From positions 1 through 22,612 of the forward strand of contig JBEQLE010000072.1 of assembly GCA_040326155.1 (NCBI GenBank): 22,612 bases of DNA, written 5' to 3'. Below the pieces are notes generated by a model. The model had not been told where the DNA came from, ran no database searches, and was given only the letters and a program-made list of their open reading frames with translations. Each line of letters starts with the position of its first letter. Within the stretch, counting starts at the first letter, position 1. The DNA comes from Leptospirales bacterium (GTDB lineage: Bacteria; Spirochaetota; Leptospiria; Turneriellales; JAOUFE01). Of the stretch, positions 16,387-22,612 are shown piece by piece. The position numbers and the translations under genes are program-made.

Positions 16387-16677
16387 ATGGCTTCGACAGA
16401 AAATTATGAACTAGTACTGATTTTTTCAGAATTGGACGCTACGGCTCTAGAAAAGGCCCGTGAAGGCGTGAAGGCTTCGTTTGAAAAACGAAAAGCTGCC
16501 GTTACCGAAGCCAAAGAGCTTGGTAACCGTCCTTTGTTTCATGAAAAAAATCACTTTAAAAGAGCAAACTTTAATACTTGGAAATTTAATGCGCCATCTG
16601 AAAATGTCACGTTGTTAACGAACGACTTAAATGTAAATTCAGATGTACTTAAATCAATGATTGTTAAGGCAGGATAA
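16387..16677 (+). CDS. rpsF: 30S ribosomal protein S6
   Basis: aggag SD before the ATG at 16387. NYELVLIF...ELGNRPL...VLKSMIVK. Immediately upstream of ssb. The 16186 start in the ORF track is too long. Confidence 0.88.
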   Translation: MASTENYELVLIFSELDATALEKAREGVKASFEKRKAAVTEAKELGNRPLFHEKNHFKRANFNTWKFNAPSENVTLLTNDLNVNSDVLKSMIVKAG

Positions 16678-16680
16678 ATT

Positions 16681-17121
16681 TTGGCTAATGATTTAAATAG
16701 AGTCCTGTTGGTTGGTCGCTTGACGCGCGATCCAGAATTGAAATCCACGAATTCCGGCGCTTACCTGTGCCGTTTTTCGCTGGCCTCGAATCGTACTATA
16801 TACCAAAAAGATGCTGAAAACCGCGAAGAAGTCGGTTTTTTTGATTGCACAGCCTGGGGTAAACTTGCTGAAGTAATCAGTAAATACGCCCGAAAAGGTG
16901 TTCGAGTTGGAATAGATGGCTCCCTGCGTTGGTCTTCCTGGGAAGGAAACGAGGGTAAAAAACAGAGTAAAGTTGATATTCACGTTGAAAACTTTCAATT
17001 TTTAGACTCAAAAGGCGCGCAGCAACAAGACGCTAGTGAGAAGCCCCCCGTGCAAGAACCCACCCCGTCGGACTTTGGCGATTCCCAACCGGAACCCTTT
17101 AGCGACGACATACCATTTTAA
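16681..17121 (+). CDS. ssb: Single-stranded DNA-binding protein
   Basis: LNRVLLVGRLTRDPEL and C-terminal DDIPF. TTG start. Confidence 0.97.
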   Translation: MANDLNRVLLVGRLTRDPELKSTNSGAYLCRFSLASNRTIYQKDAENREEVGFFDCTAWGKLAEVISKYARKGVRVGIDGSLRWSSWEGNEGKKQSKVDIHVENFQFLDSKGAQQQDASEKPPVQEPTPSDFGDSQPEPFSDDIPF

Positions 17122-17136
17122 ATACCGGAGAACCTT

Positions 17137-17427
17137 ATGGAAAACACAAGATCAGATTCACAACATAGAGACAACGACCGACGACCCCATGGTGGTGGAC
17201 GCGGCGGTGGCGGTGGAAGATTCCGCAAAAGAGTATGTAGACTTTGCACGGATACAAATTTCACCCTCGACTTTAAAAACGGCGAACAGCTTATACGATT
17301 TGTTTCAAACAAAGGTAAAATTTTACCTCGCAGACTTTCCGGAAGCTGTGCGAAACACCAAAGATCAATTGCTAAAACTATCAAGAGATCCAGAGCTGCG
17401 GGATTCCTTCCCTACTCAACAAAGTAA
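17137..17427 (+). CDS. rpsR: 30S ribosomal protein S18
   Basis: RKRVCRLC...GKILPRRLSGSCAKHQR..IKRSR..GFLPY (Zn-ligand-retaining form). Confidence 0.97.
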   Translation: MENTRSDSQHRDNDRRPHGGGRGGGGGRFRKRVCRLCTDTNFTLDFKNGEQLIRFVSNKGKILPRRLSGSCAKHQRSIAKTIKRSRAAGFLPYSTK

Positions 17428-17435
17428 AGTAAATT

Positions 17436-18485
17436 ATGCCTATAATAGGCTTACCTTTATTAAATTTTGCAATAGCGATATTTCTGGTATTTGTTTTTAT
17501 TAAACTACATCAGATTAACTACCTACTTGCGCCATTAGTAATCATTTTTCTGCTCGCTGGAAGCTCTTTTTTAGGGAACCACGCGAGCATTGAATTCTGG
17601 CTACCGATGAGTTCATCGACCTTTATTTTAGCCATTTTTGCCTGTTACTCACTGCTGGCCCACCCCTCTCTTTTTCTCGAAGAATTTGCCAAACCCATGC
17701 CAACCAGGCAAGAACTTCGCGCATCGTTTTCTCAGACCGCTTCGCTTCAAGACCGTCAGGAATTTTATATTAATATTGTCGAGAATCTAAGCAAGATTTA
17801 TACACTGCGTGAAAACAAAGTTACCAAACTAAATACCAGCCTTATTTTACTCTGCCTCGGCATCATCTTTCTTGTAAATTATTTAGTTTTTCAGATCTTC
17901 TTTATTAATACCGGGGTGTTTCACGAATATACTTCGGCTTCTTTTTCTGCACTACCTGTGAACTCCACTGTAAAAAAAGAAGATATTGACAGCCTTTTCA
18001 ATTTGTTTTCAACATATTACGGATTCGTAACCTTCGTTTGCTCCAGCTTAATCTTTTTCGTCATGCATCCCATTGCTCGTCGCCTTATTTTACACCGCAA
18101 AGGTAAGGTGAATCAGTTTGGAAATATTCATTTTTTTAAACTACCTGACCAGGCCGTCTGGGGATATATCCTTTTACTGGTCGTATTTGTGTATTTAAAA
18201 ATGAGTGGTGTTGAGGCTGGTTGGACAATTCTTCCGTTTAACCTCTTTCTTATTTTTTCCTTTATTTATTTACTCCAGGCTGTGGGTACCCTACTGCTTT
18301 ATTTTCAAATTCGTATGCTTCCCGGCGTCTTAATTCTTTCTGGAATCTTTATAATCGGTTTGTTATTAATTGAATTGCTGGTGTTTATTGTTATGCTGCT
18401 GGTACTTTTCGGGGTATTTGAGTTTTGGTTCTCCTTTCGAAAAAAGGCTTTACAACCCAAACTTATTTCGAACGATGCTCCCTGA
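17436..18485 (+). CDS. Polytopic membrane protein, DUF2232/YybS-like
   Basis: Many TM helices with FKLPDQAVW, N...YLLQA and GVFEFWFSFRK motifs. Located between rpsR and rplI. Confidence 0.7.
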   Translation: MPIIGLPLLNFAIAIFLVFVFIKLHQINYLLAPLVIIFLLAGSSFLGNHASIEFWLPMSSSTFILAIFACYSLLAHPSLFLEEFAKPMPTRQELRASFSQTASLQDRQEFYINIVENLSKIYTLRENKVTKLNTSLILLCLGIIFLVNYLVFQIFFINTGVFHEYTSASFSALPVNSTVKKEDIDSLFNLFSTYYGFVTFVCSSLIFFVMHPIARRLILHRKGKVNQFGNIHFFKLPDQAVWGYILLLVVFVYLKMSGVEAGWTILPFNLFLIFSFIYLLQAVGTLLLYFQIRMLPGVLILSGIFIIGLLLIELLVFIVMLLVLFGVFEFWFSFRKKALQPKLISNDAP

Positions 18486-18490
18486 TTGAG

Positions 18491-18511
18491 AATATCCAGC
18501 TTCTGGATATT
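18491..18511. other. Intergenic hairpin
   Basis: aatatccag-ctt-ctggatatt between the DUF2232-like gene and rplI. Confidence 0.5.
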
Positions 18512-18550
18512 AAAATCAAATAAAAAACGATATCATTATTAACGGAAAAT

Positions 18551-19189
18551 ATGCAAGTAATACTAAAACAAGACGTACCTAACCTCGGTTCTGCAGGCGA
18601 CATCAAAGACGTAAAAAGAGGTTATGCAAGAAACTTTTTGTTCCCACGCGGTCTGGTAATGGCAGCAACGGCAAAATCCAAAAAAGAACAAGACTTTCTT
18701 GATCAGGTCAGGAAACAAAAAATTGTAAAACGGAAAAAAACTGCCGGTGAAATGGCAGCGCAAATCAGTGATTTCGAAGTTTCCATTACAATGAAAACTG
18801 GCGAAGAAGGGAAACTATTCGGTAGCGTCACAAACCTGCATATTCAAAAAGAACTTGAAAAAGCCGGTCATACTCTAGACAAAAGAGCCATTATATTAGA
18901 CGAACCAATTAAAAGTCTTGGTATCTATACTGTAGCCTTAAAACTACATGAAGGCGTAAGCGCCCAAATTAAAGTTCGAGTGCAAGATGAACAAGGCAAT
19001 GTTGAATTTATAGCTGACGAGCCTGAGAGTGAAACCGCTGAAGTCTCCGCAGAGTCAACAGAAGCTGAAGCAGCAACCGAAGAAACAGCGGTAGCCGAAG
19101 CAGAAGTTGCTGAAGAAACTGTAGAAGCTCAAGCCGGTGCAGATGACGAAGATTCTACACCAAAATCTGAAGATACTGAAAGCGAATAA
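18551..19189 (+). CDS. rplI: 50S ribosomal protein L9 with acidic C-terminal extension
   Basis: MQVILKQDVPNLG..GD...VKRGYARNFLFP, GKLFGSVT, PIKSLG. Confidence 0.97.
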   Translation: MQVILKQDVPNLGSAGDIKDVKRGYARNFLFPRGLVMAATAKSKKEQDFLDQVRKQKIVKRKKTAGEMAAQISDFEVSITMKTGEEGKLFGSVTNLHIQKELEKAGHTLDKRAIILDEPIKSLGIYTVALKLHEGVSAQIKVRVQDEQGNVEFIADEPESETAEVSAESTEAEAATEETAVAEAEVAEETVEAQAGADDEDSTPKSEDTESE

Positions 19190-19227
19190 TCCACTCACCC
19201 ATTCGTTTCAGGCCGGGGGAACATTGT

Positions 19228-20592
19228 ATGGGCCTATTTGATTCAGAAACAGAACAGATTGTTCTTGGTTCTATTTTACAAAGTCCCGATTTATTCCACG
19301 ATATAAGCCAGGTTCTTCGCGAAGAAGATTTCTATTTCGAGCCCCACCGTATTATTTACGAAACCATCGCCGAAGAATTTGACAAGCAAAACACGCCCGA
19401 TGTTATGCTCGTCATTTCCTCGCTCAAAACCAAAGAGCTGCTCGAAAAATCAGGCAATCGAAGCGCCATCATGGAAATTGCCAGTCTGGGCTCTCCCGTC
19501 AGCGCGCTCTCTTATGCTCGCCAGGTAAAAGAGTACTCCCTTCGCCGAGGGTTCTTAACCGCCATCAAAGAGATGGAACGCGACATCCAGGACAAGCAAA
19601 CCGATCTCGATACCGTACTCTCCGAAGCTGAAAAAGCAGTCACAGTAGTCTCTAACAGGCATACGCAATATAACATCCGACATATACGTGAAGTCAAAGA
19701 CGAATTTTTGCTCTTTTTGCAAAAACTCAAAGAGTCCAAGGGTGGTATTACAGGGCTACAAACATTTTTTTCTAAATTCGATCAAATTACAACGGGTTTG
19801 AAAGGAGGGCAACTGATCGTTTTAGCAGCCCGCCCCGGAGCCGGTAAAACAACGTTTGCTTTAAACGTTGCCCAGAATGCTGCCATTCGCGGCGGTGAAC
19901 CCGTTTTGGTGTTTTCCCTGGAGATGACCCGCCTTGAGTTATTGCTCAGATTAGTCTGCGCAGACGCTTATCTCGATTCGGGTAAAATTCAAAGAGGTTA
20001 TATTAACGACAAAGAGGGCGACAAGATATTAGAGTCCATACAAAGAATTAACGGTTCTGAACTCTACATTGACGATTCTGCTGAACTTACCTCCTGGGAT
20101 TTTCGCCAGCGCAGTCGTAGACTTTCGAACCAGCTGATTGCTCGAAACAAAAAAATCGGTCTTATTATTGTCGACTACCTGCAACTGATGACCGATAAAT
20201 CGCGCAACTCTGACAGTCGCCAGATTGAGGTCGCCAATATTTCTCGTTCTCTTAAAATGATAGCCAAAGAGCTTGACGTACCAATTATTGCTGTCAGCCA
20301 GATGAACCGTTCGATTGAACAACGCGGTAAAGACCCCCGCCCCCAACTTTCTGACCTTCGTGAATCGGGTGCCATTGAGCAAGACGCCGATATTGTTATG
20401 TTTATACACAGGGAGGAGATGTTTAATAAAGACATTCCACCCGAACTTGCCGGGCAGGCCGAAGTCATTATTGCCAAACACCGTGCTGGCGCGCAAGGTA
20501 CTTTTAAGCTTGCCTTTGTGAAAGAAAAAAACCTTTTTATGGATCTCGAAACCATCGACGAACCCGACAACCCCCCTTCCGAGTATATTTAA
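19228..20592 (+). CDS. dnaB: Replicative DNA helicase DnaB
   Basis: AARPGAGKT Walker A, FSLEM, IVDYLQLM, SQMNR, SDLRESGAIEQDAD, IAKHR. Confidence 0.98.
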   Translation: MGLFDSETEQIVLGSILQSPDLFHDISQVLREEDFYFEPHRIIYETIAEEFDKQNTPDVMLVISSLKTKELLEKSGNRSAIMEIASLGSPVSALSYARQVKEYSLRRGFLTAIKEMERDIQDKQTDLDTVLSEAEKAVTVVSNRHTQYNIRHIREVKDEFLLFLQKLKESKGGITGLQTFFSKFDQITTGLKGGQLIVLAARPGAGKTTFALNVAQNAAIRGGEPVLVFSLEMTRLELLLRLVCADAYLDSGKIQRGYINDKEGDKILESIQRINGSELYIDDSAELTSWDFRQRSRRLSNQLIARNKKIGLIIVDYLQLMTDKSRNSDSRQIEVANISRSLKMIAKELDVPIIAVSQMNRSIEQRGKDPRPQLSDLRESGAIEQDADIVMFIHREEMFNKDIPPELAGQAEVIIAKHRAGAQGTFKLAFVKEKNLFMDLETIDEPDNPPSEYI

Positions 20593-20598
20593 AACAGA

Positions 20599-22611
20599 TT
20601 ACTCTTCAATTAAGTCGACCTCAAAAGTGCTACGGACAAACAAAATGGCAGGCAACTCGTGATACTTTTTCAAGTCACGATCAAAGAAAAATTCATCGAT
20701 ACTGAAACTAAAAAAATGGGGATCTTCATCTTCAATATAAGTGCCCGGCAAACCCGCTAAGACCAGATCTTTATCATTAGAATATTCCTCGATTAGAGCA
20801 TGCAATGGACGGTCCGTCTTCTCCAGGATGACAATTTCACCAGAAAGTCTGGCCTTCGTCAAAAGGTTTTCAATTTTCAGCTTAGCGCTACCTTGTGTTT
20901 CAGCGCTTTCGGGCATGTGCAATATACGTACATTCGGTCTGCCTTCTCTCTTCTCTCGCGATGAATTAATAATATATGCAAGTAACAACATCAAGTTGCC
21001 ATTTTTCTCAGAACTCCACCAGATATCGATATTTTCATGTTTATGGAAGCGCTCCGCATTTTTCAAAATCAGTATGTGAAGCTTGTTCGAAAGCATCTGC
21101 CTTACAACTTCTGCGCTGTCAATGGTCGAAGTGTATTCCATTAACACCGTATTTGGAACAATACCCGCAGGATGCGCAGACTGGGTAAGCGTCATTAAAG
21201 TCGAAGTTTTATTTTCAGTATGAATAACACTGGATGGAATTCCAAATGAATCTGTATTTACCTGGTTCAGACTTTCATTTTTTCCAATAATGATATTTAA
21301 GTGCACCAACCCTTTGTGTTCGGCAATCAACCTTCCAAGATAGGCAATATGCTCAACTTTGTTTTCTTTTCCCGAAAAAGCGACCGCAGCAACAATCGGC
21401 CTGAAGTTTTTGGAACCCTGAACCACTCTGCCCATCGACTTCAAGCCACGGGTAAGCAGGGTAAAAAGAACCCCCCACCAGACACCCTCCAGTCGCCCCT
21501 GCGTTTTATATTTTAAAATCAACCGAAAAATAATGTACTGAACCACCACAATGGCGATACCCGCCTGCCAGCTAAATAGAACAATAGCAAAAAGACAGGT
21601 TAAAAAACCATACAAAGAAACAGACCAGTGATTTTTGGACGTAGGCCGAAAGGTAGGATTATTGCTGACCCTTTCGAGAAAAGCCGCCCCATTTACCCAT
21701 CCATATACAATTAAAAAGCAGATGCCAACAACCATGGCTGCGAAGTTGATGTTACCAGCCCATATTAACAATAGAGCAATAAAAAACGTAGGCAAGGCTG
21801 CAAAGCGAGGTTCATTCCCGTCACGGGTAAAATCATTTTTTAAAAATAAAAATTTTCCGGGTAATATTTTATCTCTAGCCAATGATTGCAAAGTGCGCGG
21901 AGCCGTCATAAAAACGCTTAGAGCTGACGAACCCGTCGCAAATAAAATTCCCCCAAAAACCAGGGCTCCCGGTATATTATACGGAAACGACTCATTAAAC
22001 CCGAGTAAATTCGTTAATAAAATACCAGTCGGGCTTTCGTTTTCATAACCGGTTACCAGAAATTCTTTACCAATGGCAGAGAATATCAACATCACCAGCA
22101 GATAAATACAGAAAGTAAAACCAATGGCGAAAAAAGTTCCCCGCACCAGGCTTCGCTGGGGATTTTTCAAATCGCCGCTCATTCCAACCCCGGCGTCAAT
22201 ACCGGTTACGGCTGGAAAAAACTGTGTAAAAATAAGTAAAAACAGGGGCAGAGTCAGCGCTCGGTTGCCGCTCAGATTAAATTCCCCTGTAAATATTTCC
22301 ACTCCTTCGTAGGAGGTACCAATAAAAGGGGCCGCAAAAATAGCCCCAATCGAAAAAAGTAAAATAATAAATATAACGGTTTGTAGTTTCAACGTGAAGT
22401 TGGCCCCGACCATTACGACAGTAAAAAAGACCAGAAAACAGGACGTCGCTATAATCTGCTTTTGAACTAAAATGTTTTCAGCTATTGCAGAATATCCCAG
22501 GCTTTGAAAAAACGGCGACAGTAAAGGCTGCAATGGTTCGGCAAAACCGATGCAATAAAAACTTATAGAGGCAGACTGAGCAATGTAAAGCTGAATACCT
22601 ATAGACCCCCC
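20599..22611 (-). CDS. APC-superfamily permease, SLC12/cation-chloride cotransporter-like; 5'-truncated
   Basis: Frame is open to the window end (GGSIGIQLYIAQ...YCIGFAE). FFPAVTGIDAGVGMSGDLKNP, APRTLQSLARD, PTFRPT, KNFRP, IDIWW match SLC12-family motifs. Confidence 0.88.
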   Translation of the reverse strand, partial: GGSIGIQLYIAQSASISFYCIGFAEPLQPLLSPFFQSLGYSAIAENILVQKQIIATSCFLVFFTVVMVGANFTLKLQTVIFIILLFSIGAIFAAPFIGTSYEGVEIFTGEFNLSGNRALTLPLFLLIFTQFFPAVTGIDAGVGMSGDLKNPQRSLVRGTFFAIGFTFCIYLLVMLIFSAIGKEFLVTGYENESPTGILLTNLLGFNESFPYNIPGALVFGGILFATGSSALSVFMTAPRTLQSLARDKILPGKFLFLKNDFTRDGNEPRFAALPTFFIALLLIWAGNINFAAMVVGICFLIVYGWVNGAAFLERVSNNPTFRPTSKNHWSVSLYGFLTCLFAIVLFSWQAGIAIVVVQYIIFRLILKYKTQGRLEGVWWGVLFTLLTRGLKSMGRVVQGSKNFRPIVAAVAFSGKENKVEHIAYLGRLIAEHKGLVHLNIIIGKNESLNQVNTDSFGIPSSVIHTENKTSTLMTLTQSAHPAGIVPNTVLMEYTSTIDSAEVVRQMLSNKLHILILKNAERFHKHENIDIWWSSEKNGNLMLLLAYIINSSREKREGRPNVRILHMPESAETQGSAKLKIENLLTKARLSGEIVILEKTDRPLHALIEEYSNDKDLVLAGLPGTYIEDEDPHFFSFSIDEFFFDRDLKKYHELPAILFVRSTFEVDLIEE

Positions 22612-22612
22612 C

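Noticed and set aside
517..22312. Numerous short antisense or overlapping ORFs in the ORF track
   Set aside because: They are shadows of longer well-supported genes, often mirroring repeat periodicity, and have no motifs of their own.

Overview
Bacterial window with an accessory left part (about 1-16.1 kb) and a core right part (rpsF-ssb-rpsR-DUF2232-like-rplI-dnaB, then a convergent SLC12-like transporter). The core gene order suggests a spirochaete-like host, which is inference only. Most interesting is a tight three-gene cluster at 1033-8280. It encodes (i) an 870-aa beta-rich protein of four ~186-aa repeats whose last ~35 residues carry five aromatic-x-Asp motifs (HAD, YID, YGD, HVD, HVD), (ii) a radical SAM/SPASM enzyme fused to a Cys/Trp-rich C-terminal domain, and (iii) a YadA-head-like beta-roll protein with a phage Peptidase_G2 autochaperone domain. 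This may be a triceptide/cyclophane-type modification system acting on a giant structural protein rather than a short RiPP precursor. Also present: a membrane TPR gene flanked by 19-bp direct repeats, a complete mercury-methylation cluster (AbrB-like gene, hgcA, hgcB), an Xer-like tyrosine recombinase, a 209-bp structured MITE-like insertion splitting a small gene, and a DUF6338-like membrane gene coupled to an unannotated 51-aa Pro-rich peptide.
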